Assembly (NCBI GenBank): GCA_002327765.1
Contig: DCUH01000073.1
Span: 31,379-90,587 of the forward strand
Direction: 5' to 3'
From: a bacterium UBA2219
Lineage (GTDB): Bacteria; Desulfobacterota; Deferrimicrobia; Deferrimicrobiales; Deferrimicrobiaceae
DNA length: 59,209 bases
Positions 1 through 9,221 of the stretch are shown piece by piece. The notes beneath the pieces are model-generated. The model saw nothing but the letters and a program-made list of their open reading frames with translations, had not been told where the DNA came from and did no database searches. Position 1 is the first letter of the stretch, and each line of letters opens with the position of its first letter. The translations under genes were made by a program, and so were the position numbers.

Positions 1-315
1 ACGTACCGGATCCTCCGCGAGCGCTCGACCCCCGTGGGGGGGGACACGCTGTCCCGGTTCGAGGAGTTCCTGCAGAAAAAGGTGATCGAGGTGTTCTACG
101 TGTCTCCGGAGTCCTCCTGGGCCGGGAGGACGGTCGGGGAGCTGCCCGCGGGAGGGGACCCCGGGATCACGCTCCTCGCCATCCTGCGCGGGGACGAAGC
201 CGTCGTGCGGCCCGGCGCGGGGATGACGCTGGCCGCGGGGGACAAGCTCGTCCTCTTCGGGGGGCACGCGCCGCTGGCGTCGGCGCTGAACGAGCTGGCG
301 GGAGGGGGGCGCTGA
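1..315 (+). CDS. RCK_C (TrkA-C) domain protein, 3' end only (gene begins upstream of the window)
   Basis: Frame 1 is open from base 1 to TGA 313-315. The tail ...VIEVFYVSPESSWAGRTVGELPAGGDPGITLLAILRGDEAVVRPGAGMTLAAGDKLVLFG fits the RCK_C ligand-gating domain pattern. The ORF track lists only the GTG-initiated part, 34..315. Confidence 0.6.
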   Translation, partial: TYRILRERSTPVGGDTLSRFEEFLQKKVIEVFYVSPESSWAGRTVGELPAGGDPGITLLAILRGDEAVVRPGAGMTLAAGDKLVLFGGHAPLASALNELAGGGR

Positions 316-1388
316 TGGCTCCCCGCCCGCCGGACCTGCGGAAGTACGAGCTGCTCCTCGGGCGGTATTTCCGGGTCCCCGCCGCCGATCGGACGACCGC
401 CGAGCGGGAGAGGATCCTGCGGTCCCTCGGCATCGGGAACCCCCGGGAGTTCCTCGGGATGCACATCCCCCTGTGGGAAGCCCGCGTCGACGAGCTCCTC
501 GACCCGGCCAGCACGGACATGCTCCCGGTCAGTCTCTCCCACTTCTACGTCAACTGGGTGCGCGGCGCGATCCGGTCGATGCCGGACGGCGCCCGGGTGA
601 TGATCTTCTCCTCCAAGCTCAAGGCCACGGGGCTGAAAAAAGCGGTCCTTTCCCTCCTGCGCTCGCTGACCGGGAAGGCGCACCGGGATTTCGAGGTCGC
701 GGACGTGCAGCTCCTGCAGAGGGTCCACAAGGACACCTTCTTCTCCGTCCGGACACCGGACGGCGCGACGCACCCCCTCTACCTCTCGCACTTCGGGTGC
801 CAGGGGGAATACATCTTCAGCGGCCTCCCTGGGCTGGTCGGGCTGCCCGCCATCCCCGTGGTCTACCACGTTACGCCGCAGGGGGAGGAGGTGTTGCTCA
901 AGCCGGAAACGGAGGGCGCCAACATCTACCTGGGCGAGGGGATCACCGCCGCCCGGATACTGCGCGACGGCTCCTGGTGGGTGGAAGGCGCCGCGCGGCA
1001 GGACGCCCTGGGCGACTGCGTCGGCACGGCGCTCCGCTACGGCCATTACATCGCCACCCGGGAGAGGAAGGTGGTGATGGTCGACAACATCGAGCTGTTC
1101 CACCTGGACGACGGCGACGTCCGCATCTTCGAACCGATCCACGATTTCCTGCCCCGGAAGACGTTTCCCGGCGACGCGGCAAGGCGGGAGCGCCTCCGCC
1201 GGAAGATGCGGGCGGACTACGAGAAGGCGTACGGGGACCAGATGGCGACGATCCGGGGGAAATGGCCGGAGATCGAGCGGTACCTTGCCGGTATGCACCG
1301 CATCGTCCGACGGTACACGGGAGAGCCGTTCGAGGCCGTCGCGGCGCGGGTCAGGGCGCGGATCTTCGGGAAGGCGGGAGGGGGATAG
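315..1388 (+). CDS. hypothetical protein, 357 aa, no family recognised
   Basis: Long ORF with high third-position GC. Its ATG (315-317) shares one base with the upstream TGA (313-315), giving TGATG coupling. No motif I can place. Confidence 0.6.
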   Translation: MAPRPPDLRKYELLLGRYFRVPAADRTTAERERILRSLGIGNPREFLGMHIPLWEARVDELLDPASTDMLPVSLSHFYVNWVRGAIRSMPDGARVMIFSSKLKATGLKKAVLSLLRSLTGKAHRDFEVADVQLLQRVHKDTFFSVRTPDGATHPLYLSHFGCQGEYIFSGLPGLVGLPAIPVVYHVTPQGEEVLLKPETEGANIYLGEGITAARILRDGSWWVEGAARQDALGDCVGTALRYGHYIATRERKVVMVDNIELFHLDDGDVRIFEPIHDFLPRKTFPGDAARRERLRRKMRADYEKAYGDQMATIRGKWPEIERYLAGMHRIVRRYTGEPFEAVAARVRARIFGKAGGG

Positions 1389-1427
1389 CGCCCCCCCCCC
1401 CGCCGGGCCCGCTTCCATGAGTTCCTG

Positions 1428-1715
1428 TCAGCTCTTCAGGGTCTTGATGAAGTCCTCGATCGGCATCGCGGGGAGCGTCATGATCTGGATGGTCCCGCGC
1501 TCCCCGAGCGCCACGGAGATCTTCACCATGGTCTCGTTCCCCGGCGCCTCGACGATGTTCACGAAGTCGTACATCCCCAGTACCGCGTACTGCGCCAGGA
1601 CCTTCGCTCCCATCCCCTCGATCTCCTTGTTCACCTCGAGGATCCGTTCCGGCTTCTTCTTCACGGTCTCGCGCCCGTCGTCGGTCAGCGTGCTGAGCAG
1701 GACGTAGATGGCCAT
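1428..1715 (-). CDS. GYD domain-containing protein
   Basis: 95 aa. MAIYVLLSTLTDDG...VLGMYDFVNIVEAPGNE matches the GYD-family layout (G-x-YD followed by a hydrophobic strand). Confidence 0.8.
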   Translation of the reverse strand: MAIYVLLSTLTDDGRETVKKKPERILEVNKEIEGMGAKVLAQYAVLGMYDFVNIVEAPGNETMVKISVALGERGTIQIMTLPAMPIEDFIKTLKS

Positions 1716-1749
1716 CGGCGTCTCCTTTCCGGGTGGGGGTTCCGTACGG

Positions 1750-3021
1750 TTATAGCATACCCCCGGGGGGCGCCGGGGGGGGCGGGGGATTCGCGGCGAG
1801 CATCGCGTCGATCCGGCGTTCGCTCCGGAGCACGGCGAAGGTGACGAAAAGGTTCGTCACGAGGATCACGGCGAAGGCGTACTGCACGAAGACCCCGGTG
1901 CCCGGGATCCCGGCGGCGTGGGGGACCATCGCGAGGACCGCGGATGTCAGTCCCCTCGGCCCCATGGTCGTCAGGATCTTCCGCTCGAAAGGCACCAGCC
2001 GCCGCCCCGCGAGGCCGAGGAGACGCACGGAAGCGGAGCGCGAAACGTAGATCAGGGAGATCATGGCTGCCGAAACCGCGAGGAAGCGGCCCGTGAGGCT
2101 GCTCCACTCCACGAGCATCCCGAGGTAGACGAAGAAGAAGACGCGGGCGATGAAGGTGAGCTCCTCGTGGAACCAGCGGATCGTGCCGTCGAGCGCGGTG
2201 CGCGACGCGTCCCAGTCGTCCTTTTCCCGCAGCGCCGGAATGCGGCTCAGGATGGCCGGGCCGTTGGAGAGGGCCGCCCCGAAGAAAAGGACCGCGATGA
2301 CGCCGCTGAAATGCGCGGATTCCGCCGCCGAGAAGAGCAGGAACACCGCGGCCAGAGTGATCATGTAGGAAAGCGGCATCTCCCCGGTCCGCTCCAGGAC
2401 CTTCACCCAGAAGAGCCCTCCGATCGCCCCGAGCAGCACTCCGCCCAGGATCGATCCGGCCGTCGCGAGGAGCTGGCCGGTGATGTCGGCGGAGGGCTGG
2501 GCCGCGTAGCGAACCAGGACCACGACGGCGACGACGGCCATCGCGTCGCCCAGGGCCGATTCGAGGGTCAGTATGGTGCGCGTGCTCTTCCCCATCCGCA
2601 TTGCGTTGACGAGGGGGATGACGACGGCCCCGCTGGTGCAGCCGAGGATGCTTCCGAGCAGCAGGGAGGGGAGGAGGCCGCTTCCCGTCATCAGCAGATA
2701 GCCGGCCGCGACGGCGCCCGTCGCGAGGTTCACCGAAAAGAAGGTGAGGATGACGGCCCGCTTCCACTGGTTCATCAGCTGATGGATCTCCAGGTTCATC
2801 CCCCCCTCCAGCATGATCATCAGGAGGGTGAGCATGCCGAGGTAGGGGGCGAGGGGAATGAGGACGGACCGTTCCAGGATGTGGAGCCCGGGGCCCAGGA
2901 CCACCCCTATCCCCAGGAGGATGGGGATGTCGGGGACCCGGGTCTTTTCGAAGAGGATCCGTCCCGCGAATCCCGCGAGGAGGATGACCGCCGAGATCCC
3001 GAATGCCTGTGCGAGCGTCAA
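1750..3021 (-). CDS. cation:proton antiporter (Na+/H+ exchanger family), about 423 aa
   Basis: Polytopic membrane sequence LTLAQAFGISAVILLAGFAGRILFEKTRVPDIPILLGIGVVLGPG... typical of Na_H_Exchanger proteins. It is the C-terminal part of ORF 1750..4821. Start set at the in-frame TTG 3021-3019, which overlaps the upstream TGA (TTGA). Confidence 0.8.
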   Translation of the reverse strand: MTLAQAFGISAVILLAGFAGRILFEKTRVPDIPILLGIGVVLGPGLHILERSVLIPLAPYLGMLTLLMIMLEGGMNLEIHQLMNQWKRAVILTFFSVNLATGAVAAGYLLMTGSGLLPSLLLGSILGCTSGAVVIPLVNAMRMGKSTRTILTLESALGDAMAVVAVVVLVRYAAQPSADITGQLLATAGSILGGVLLGAIGGLFWVKVLERTGEMPLSYMITLAAVFLLFSAAESAHFSGVIAVLFFGAALSNGPAILSRIPALREKDDWDASRTALDGTIRWFHEELTFIARVFFFVYLGMLVEWSSLTGRFLAVSAAMISLIYVSRSASVRLLGLAGRRLVPFERKILTTMGPRGLTSAVLAMVPHAAGIPGTGVFVQYAFAVILVTNLFVTFAVLRSERRIDAMLAANPPPPPAPPGGML

Positions 3022-5168
3022 GCTTCCCTCCGTCCCAGATCGCGCTTCGGCACGACGACGGCGACGGTGCACGCCAGCCGCTCGAGGCACGCCTCGACGA
3101 CGGGGCCGAAGTAGACGCGCTCCGACAGGCTGCGGTTCTCCGCGCCGAGCGCGACCAGGTCGTATCCCCCGGAATGCGCTTCCTCCGATATGGCCGTGAT
3201 CAGCGATGCTCCTTCGACGACACGGACCTCCGCCGGTTGCAGGCGCATGTTCCCCTGGAACCGCTCCTGGAGGTTCTCCAGCATCACCTGGTGGGCCCGC
3301 ATCTCGGCCTGGTCGGATCCCAGGCTCGGCAGCAGCGGGTTCTGCTCCAGCGACTGGACGAAGAAGAGCACCGTGATCCCGGCGTCGACGCGCCGGGCGT
3401 ATTCGGCGGCGAACTCGAAGGCGGCGTCCGCGTGGCGGCTCCCGTTGGTCGGCACCAGGATCCTCCGGAAGGGGGTCGGCGGGGTCTCGCCCGAGAAGGG
3501 GCCGCGCACGATCACGGCCTGGCAGGGGCATGCGCCCGCGACCCCGGAGGTCAGTGGGTTGTAGACGGGGTGCCTGTGCTGCGACGCCCCGAGGAAGACG
3601 AAGTCGTAGCCCATGCGCGCCTCGTCCAGGATCGCGTCCCGGACGCTCTTGTCCGTCGAGACCCGGCGGGTGAGCAGCAGCCCGCGGGGGGGCCGTGACG
3701 CCGCCTGGATCTGCGCGAAATACCCGTCGACGTCCGTCCCGGGGGACTTTCTCCAGAATGCGAGCCGCTCCCTCAGCGTCCGGCGCTCCGTATCCACGTA
3801 GACCGCGGTGGCGCTGCTGCCTTCCTCGCTGCACAGTACGGCCGCCATGTGGCAGGAGAGCATGGCGTTGGGACCTCCCGCGGCCGGGATGAGGATCTTG
3901 AGCGCCGACGACGGGAGGAAGCGTGCCGGGGCCGGCTCCAGGCGCATACGCTCCTCGGCCGTGAAGGGGATCCGGTGCTGGATGGCCTTCACCAGGATCG
4001 GGGCGAGGAAGGATGTGACGACCGCCATCAGGACGAGGCACGAGAAGAGCTCGACGTTGAGGATGCCGAGGTTGAGGCCGATCTTCGCCACGACGAGCCC
4101 CACGGCCCCTCGGGCGCTCATCAGGAATCCCAGCGCCAGCGCCGACCAGGGGTGGAGCCGCCCGAGGACACCGCCGAGGAAGCAGCCGACCACCTTGCCG
4201 GCGATCGCGATGGCCGTGACCGCGACGGGGAGCCAGAAGCCCTGCAGCTGCGTGAAATCCACCCGCAGCCCGACCTCCCCGAAGAAGAGCGGCGCGAACA
4301 GCGACATGACGACGCTTTCCAGCTTGTGGAGGCGCTCGGTCCGCAGGGTCGGGACCTGGCGCACCAGGACGCCCGCCACGAAGGCGCCGAACACCGCGTG
4401 GACGTGCATCGCCTCCGTGGCCGCGCCGAGCAGGAAGGTCACCCCGACGACGACCACCAGCTCGCCCCCGTGCATCCGCATATGATGGTCGGCATGCGCC
4501 AGCCCCGCCTTCAGCCCCGGGTAGAGGAGATACCGCGCCGCCAGCATGAAGGCGGCGACCCAGCCCAGGGTGACCGCCAGGTTGGCGATGTCGAACGCGC
4601 CGGTGGTCACCATCCCGGTGATCATCGCCAGGATGATCCAGCCGATGGTGTCGTCCACGACGGCCGCGCTGAGCGTCAGGACCCCCACGTCGCGGCGAAC
4701 CATTTTCAGGTCCATGAGGATCTTGGCGATCACCGGCATGGCGGACAGCCCCATCACCGTTGCGATGAAGTGCGTCAGGGGGAGCCGGCCCCTCAGCACG
4801 TAGGACTCCGGGAGGGACCACCCCAGCGCGAGGCCGGAGGCGAAGGGCACGACGATTCCGAAGAGCGAGGCCAGGGCGGCCGTCCGCCCCATGTTCCGTA
4901 TGGTCCGGACGTCGGTCTCCAAGCCGGTCAGGAGCATCAGGAGAACCAGCCCGACGAAGGCTACGGACTGGAGATGCTCGGTGTTGATGAAGATCGCCCG
5001 CTGCAGGTCCGGCAGGAGGAGCCCGAGAAAGGACGGCCCCAGCAGGATCCCGGCCAGCAGCTCCCCCAGCACGGCGGGCTGGTTGAGCCGTTGCAGGAGC
5101 TCTCCCAGCGCGCGCGCCAGGACGAGGATGAGGGCGAACTGGACGAGAAACGCGACCTCGGGGGTCAA
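3018..5168 (-). CDS. CPA2-type cation:proton antiporter fused to two C-terminal universal stress protein (USP) domains
   Basis: 716 aa. The N-terminus MTPEVAFLVQFALILVLARALGELLQRLNQPAVLGELLAGILLGPS is Kef/NapA-like. The C-terminal half has two USP-like blocks (ILIPAAGGPNA..., ILVPTNGSRHADAAFEFAA...YDLVALGAENRS). TTG start with SD GGAGG 5 nt upstream. Confidence 0.85.
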   Translation of the reverse strand: MTPEVAFLVQFALILVLARALGELLQRLNQPAVLGELLAGILLGPSFLGLLLPDLQRAIFINTEHLQSVAFVGLVLLMLLTGLETDVRTIRNMGRTAALASLFGIVVPFASGLALGWSLPESYVLRGRLPLTHFIATVMGLSAMPVIAKILMDLKMVRRDVGVLTLSAAVVDDTIGWIILAMITGMVTTGAFDIANLAVTLGWVAAFMLAARYLLYPGLKAGLAHADHHMRMHGGELVVVVGVTFLLGAATEAMHVHAVFGAFVAGVLVRQVPTLRTERLHKLESVVMSLFAPLFFGEVGLRVDFTQLQGFWLPVAVTAIAIAGKVVGCFLGGVLGRLHPWSALALGFLMSARGAVGLVVAKIGLNLGILNVELFSCLVLMAVVTSFLAPILVKAIQHRIPFTAEERMRLEPAPARFLPSSALKILIPAAGGPNAMLSCHMAAVLCSEEGSSATAVYVDTERRTLRERLAFWRKSPGTDVDGYFAQIQAASRPPRGLLLTRRVSTDKSVRDAILDEARMGYDFVFLGASQHRHPVYNPLTSGVAGACPCQAVIVRGPFSGETPPTPFRRILVPTNGSRHADAAFEFAAEYARRVDAGITVLFFVQSLEQNPLLPSLGSDQAEMRAHQVMLENLQERFQGNMRLQPAEVRVVEGASLITAISEEAHSGGYDLVALGAENRSLSERVYFGPVVEACLERLACTVAVVVPKRDLGRREA

Positions 5169-5208
5169 CGACGCCTCCGGCAGGACGGCGTGCGCCGTCC
5201 CCGGCGCC

Positions 5209-6261
5209 TCATGCCTTGTTCACGTACAGGGTCTGCGTCGGGTAGGCGAACTCGATCTTCCGTTTCTCGAACTCCTCGTAGATCCGCAGGTTGGCCGCCT
5301 GCTGGATGTCCATGTATTTCGTATAGTCGTTCCCGTCGACATAATAGACGATTTCGTAGATCAGGCTGAAGTCCCCGTACGAGAAGAAATGGACCCGGTC
5401 GAGGGTCGCCCCGTCGATGCCGCCGAAGATGTCCGCGACGATCCCCGGGATCTCCCGGAGCTTCTCCGCCGGGGTCTGGTAGGTCACCCCCAGCCGGAAA
5501 ACGGCCCGCCGCTTCGTCATCCGCTTGAAGTTGCGCACTCGCGAGTCGGTCAGGTCCTTGTTCGAGACGATGATCTGCTCCCCCCCGAGCCCGGCGATCC
5601 GGGTCGTCTTGATCCCGAAGCGCTCGATCGTGCCCATGTGGTCGCCGACGACGATGTAGTCGCCGATCTCGAAGGGACGGTCGAAGAGGATCGTGAAGTA
5701 GGAGAACAGGTCCCCGAGGATCGCCTGCGCCGCCAGCGCCACCGCGATGCCGCCGATGCCCAGCCCCGCCATGACGGTTGTGATCTTGAACCCGAGGTTG
5801 TCGAGCATGAAAAGGAGCCCGGCGCCCCAGGCCAGGATGTTGAGGAGGCTGCCTGCCGCCTTCAGGACGCGGTCCCGGGAGGGGTCCTCCCCCTGCTTCC
5901 GGACGTATTCCATGACGCCGAAGCGCACCAGCGCCACGGCGAACAGGGTCCCGAGGATCGCCATCAGGACGATCCCCGCCACGTTGACGATCCGCTCGAG
6001 GTGCGGGGTGAGGGTCAGGACCCGCAGCGAGGCCTCCGCGACCCCGAGGTAGGCCAGCGGGACGCCGGTGCGGCGGATCCTTTCGAGGACGAAGTCGTCG
6101 AGATGGGTCGGGGTGGCCGCCGCCCTGGATTTCAGCCGACGGGTCAACAGCGCCTTGACGATGCCCACCAGGAAGACGCCGCCCGCGAAGATCGCCAGGC
6201 AGAGCAGGTAATCCGAGATCCGGTTGTGGTAGAACTCGTAGCCCAGGATTTCCGACATCAT
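5209..6261 (-). CDS. MscS-family mechanosensitive ion channel
   Basis: Start taken at MMSEILGY (ATG 6261-6259, SD GGAGGGA upstream). The block ...ILGDLFSYFTILFDRPFEIGDYIVVGDHMGTIERFGIKTTRI... is the MscS TM3/beta-domain signature. Confidence 0.85.
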   Translation of the reverse strand: MMSEILGYEFYHNRISDYLLCLAIFAGGVFLVGIVKALLTRRLKSRAAATPTHLDDFVLERIRRTGVPLAYLGVAEASLRVLTLTPHLERIVNVAGIVLMAILGTLFAVALVRFGVMEYVRKQGEDPSRDRVLKAAGSLLNILAWGAGLLFMLDNLGFKITTVMAGLGIGGIAVALAAQAILGDLFSYFTILFDRPFEIGDYIVVGDHMGTIERFGIKTTRIAGLGGEQIIVSNKDLTDSRVRNFKRMTKRRAVFRLGVTYQTPAEKLREIPGIVADIFGGIDGATLDRVHFFSYGDFSLIYEIVYYVDGNDYTKYMDIQQAANLRIYEEFEKRKIEFAYPTQTLYVNKA

Positions 6262-6304
6262 CGTCCCTCCTGTTCCGCAGGCCGCGCGAAAACGGAAAGC
6301 CGTT

Positions 6305-6313
6305 ATTATAGCA
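6305..6313 (-). promoter_or_regulatory. candidate extended -10 promoter (TGcTATAAT) for the MscS gene
   Basis: Minus strand reads CCGTT-TGCTATAAT-AACGG-CTTT-CCGTT, about 45 nt upstream of ATG 6261 and just downstream of the treY stop (6347). No good -35 box. Confidence 0.35.
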
Positions 6314-6346
6314 AACGGTTCTCCGGGGTCCGAGGCGCCGCCGGCC

Positions 6347-9217
6347 TCACATCCCTTCCAATAGCGCCACGGGGAAGGATCGGAAGAGCTCCTGGAGAGA
6401 GAGCGTCTTCCCGCCGGCCTTCCCGGTTGTCCGGATGATCTCTCCGGTGAACGCGTTGCGCCACGCGGACGGCAGGTTCCCCGGCAGCCGGAGGACGGTA
6501 CGCCGGCCCCAGGCCGGCTCCCCGAGGGGGAAATCGCCTTCCGGGGCGAGGCGCGTCGAAAGGCGCGGGACGGCCGCGATCGCCCACTTCCCCCCATGCC
6601 CCCTGGCGAAGGCCAGCGCATGCTCCTTCCGGCCTCCCGCGACGGGGAGGGGGAGGTACGCTCCGTCCAGAAATATGTCCCTCCGCTCCCGACGGAAGCA
6701 GAGCGCCTTGCATGTCACGTACAGCTTGATGCGCCCGTCCCGCCACGACGGAAGGAGCTCCCTGGCGAGGGCGGAGCGGTCCTGCTGTTCCCGGGTCAGC
6801 AGCTCGTTCAGCATGCCGATCCGCTTCCTGAAATCCACCGGCCTGCGGTTGTCGGGATCGACGAGGGAATAGTCCCAGACTTCCGTCCCCTGGTAGAAGT
6901 CGGGGACCCCGGGGGCGGCGATCTTCACCAGGAGCTGGGCGAGGCCGTTGATCGCCCCGTAATGGGCGATCTTCGCCTGGAACGGGAGGAAATCGGCCAG
7001 GAACGCGTTGGCGCCGGGGGAGGGCTCCTCCAGCAGGGCGAAGACGAAATCCCGGACCGCGCTTTCGTAGGGCGGGTTCGGCCGGATCCAGCGGGTATGG
7101 ACCTTTGCCTCCCGAAGGGCCTTCACCATGTAGCCCTGGATGCGGTTCGAAAGTTCCGGGAGCTCCTCCCTCCCGAGGGGCCAAGCGCCGAGAAGCGTCT
7201 GGTAGAGCAGGACCTCCTCGGCCGGGTCCGGCGCGGCGACCCCGTCCACGACCCGCTTCCTCGCCGCGTTCATGCCGCTCCAGGCCTTGAGACGCTCCTC
7301 CCATTCCCCGGGGATCTCCGAAAGGACGTTGATCCTGGCCCGCACGTCCTCGCTCCGCTTCGTGTCGTGCGTCGAGGTGGAGCTCATGGCGTACGGCCAT
7401 CTCCCGGCCGCCGTCGCGCAGCGTTCGTGGAAGGCGTCCACGGTGGCGCCGCCGGAGGCGGGATTCCCGCCGACCTCGTTCATGGAGACGAGCCGGCCGT
7501 ACCTGTACAGGGAGGTATCCTCGAATCCCTTCGCCATGATCGGCCCCGTGAACTGCTGCCAGCGCATGAGGAACCGCAGCCAGTCCTCCCGCTCGGCGAC
7601 GGACAGGGAGGGGGGGATCTCCTGCTGCAGCACCCTCCGGAGGAAGTCGAACACGGGGGCGCTGATCTTCGCGCCGCGCAGTTGCGCCTGCTTGAGGGCC
7701 TTCGCGATGTACCTCACGTCGCGTGCGGAAAGCCCGCCTCTCCTCGCGTACGTCCGATACACGGGGAAGCAGGCCGTGACCTCTACCAGAGCCGCGCGCA
7801 GCTCCTTCCGGGGAAGGTCGCGCGCGTACCGGTCCAGCTCCGCCAGCCGCCCCAGGTGCTGCCCCAGCGAATGCATCTCGCCGGCGAAGAGGGTGTCCAT
7901 CATGAGCATCTTGCCCCGGTAGACGGTCTCCCGGAAATCCGGCGCGGCGCCGGTGAACCTCGCGTAGACGTCGTCGAGGGTCTTGACCCCCCGGGCGCCG
8001 ACGAAGACGCCGTTCAGGGCGTTCATGAAATCGTAGCCGGTCGTCCCGTGGACGGGCCACTCGGGGGGGAGCGCCTCCTCTTCCCCGAGGATCTTCTCCA
8101 CCAGCACGTAGAACCCCGGGGCGGGGGCGGCTTCCCTCGAGCCGGTCAGGCGCTGCATCAGCCGGACGAGATAGCCGAGCGGATCAAAGAGACCGTCCAC
8201 GTGGTCCACGCGCAGGCCCGTCACCTTCCCCTCCGCCGCCAGGCGGAGCGCGAGATCGTGCGCGGCGTCGAAGACCCGCGGGTCCTCCACCCGGAGGCTG
8301 ATCAGGTCGGAGACGGCGAAGAAGCGCCGGTAGTTGATCTCCTCGTTGGCCAGGCGCCAGAAGGAGAGCCAGTAATGCTGCTCGGAGAGGATCCGGTCGA
8401 GATGGTCGAAACTTCCGGGGTCTCCTTTCCTGCCGTTCACGACCCGAAGGATCTCGTCGACGTATTCCCGGATTTCGTGCCGCTCCGTGTACAGCCGCAC
8501 GAACCGGGCCTTGATCGTTTCCTCGGCGGCGTACCGGTCCCGGAGCCCTTCCGGGTCGGACGGGACGGTCTTCGGCAGATGCTCGATCCCGGAGATGAGG
8601 TTCCACAGCTCCCGGAAGGAAGGGTGCTCCGGCCCGTAGGTCTCCTCGAGGAAAGACAGCCGCAGGGAGAGGATCCGCGGGTAGGAATGCAGAGACACCG
8701 GCAGCCGGACGGAGTGGCAGCGGATAGTGAAGCCGTCCTTCTCCAGCGACAGGGAGATCTCCCGATCCTCGATCGTCCTGCCGTACGGTCCCCCCAGGAT
8801 GGGCAGGAGCACCTTGCCGTTCAGCGCCTCCTTGGGGGAGTGCCAGTCGATGTCGAAATACGCGGCGAAGGGCGACGCCGGACCGTTCTCCAGCACGTCC
8901 ATCCACCAGCGGTTCTCTTCGCACGCGGCCATGTGGTTCGGGACGATGTCCAGCAGGAGCCCCATCCCGCGCTCCGTAAGCTCTTTCGCGAGCGCGTCGA
9001 AGTGCGCCGCGCCGCCCAGCTCGCCGTTCAACCGGGTGGGGTCGGTAACGTCGTACCCGTGGGCGCTGCCGCGTCTCGCCTGGAGGACGGGAGAGGCGTA
9101 GATGTCGGTGATCCCCAGGGCTTCGAGGTAGGGGACGAGGGCCCGGGCGCTTTCGAACCGGAACCGCCTGTGGAACTGCAGCCGGTAGGTGGCCGAGGGG
9201 ATGCGCAGGGGCGCCAT
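6347..9217 (-). CDS. treY: malto-oligosyltrehalose synthase
   Basis: 956 aa. MAPLRIPSATYRLQFHRRFRFESARALVPYLEALGITDIYASPVLQARRGSAHGYDVTDP is the canonical TreY N-terminus. Confidence 0.9.
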   Translation of the reverse strand: MAPLRIPSATYRLQFHRRFRFESARALVPYLEALGITDIYASPVLQARRGSAHGYDVTDPTRLNGELGGAAHFDALAKELTERGMGLLLDIVPNHMAACEENRWWMDVLENGPASPFAAYFDIDWHSPKEALNGKVLLPILGGPYGRTIEDREISLSLEKDGFTIRCHSVRLPVSLHSYPRILSLRLSFLEETYGPEHPSFRELWNLISGIEHLPKTVPSDPEGLRDRYAAEETIKARFVRLYTERHEIREYVDEILRVVNGRKGDPGSFDHLDRILSEQHYWLSFWRLANEEINYRRFFAVSDLISLRVEDPRVFDAAHDLALRLAAEGKVTGLRVDHVDGLFDPLGYLVRLMQRLTGSREAAPAPGFYVLVEKILGEEEALPPEWPVHGTTGYDFMNALNGVFVGARGVKTLDDVYARFTGAAPDFRETVYRGKMLMMDTLFAGEMHSLGQHLGRLAELDRYARDLPRKELRAALVEVTACFPVYRTYARRGGLSARDVRYIAKALKQAQLRGAKISAPVFDFLRRVLQQEIPPSLSVAEREDWLRFLMRWQQFTGPIMAKGFEDTSLYRYGRLVSMNEVGGNPASGGATVDAFHERCATAAGRWPYAMSSTSTHDTKRSEDVRARINVLSEIPGEWEERLKAWSGMNAARKRVVDGVAAPDPAEEVLLYQTLLGAWPLGREELPELSNRIQGYMVKALREAKVHTRWIRPNPPYESAVRDFVFALLEEPSPGANAFLADFLPFQAKIAHYGAINGLAQLLVKIAAPGVPDFYQGTEVWDYSLVDPDNRRPVDFRKRIGMLNELLTREQQDRSALARELLPSWRDGRIKLYVTCKALCFRRERRDIFLDGAYLPLPVAGGRKEHALAFARGHGGKWAIAAVPRLSTRLAPEGDFPLGEPAWGRRTVLRLPGNLPSAWRNAFTGEIIRTTGKAGGKTLSLQELFRSFPVALLEGM

Positions 9218-9221
9218 CCCG

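Noticed and set aside
96-1418. Very long ORFs antisense to, or out of frame with, recognisable genes. Examples: 96..1418 (-), 6596..9319 (+), 9189..12761 (+), 17037..19871 (+), the 22989..27257 part of 22989..27986 (+), 41288..42769 (-), 43850..45739 (-), 49030..51309 (+), 56970..58916 (-), 58459..59199 (-).
   Set aside because: Their translations are Arg/Pro/Gly/Ala-rich low complexity with no family resemblance. Each is fully covered by a gene with clear motifs on the other strand or in another frame. These are the typical stop-codon-poor shadow ORFs of high-GC DNA.
5183-5200. GC hairpin GGACGGCG-tg-CGCCGTCC between the MscS stop and the CPA2-USP start, considered as a terminator.
   Set aside because: There is no T-tract on the transcribed (minus) strand, and the SD of the next gene follows immediately. 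It is at most a weak attenuating or processing structure.
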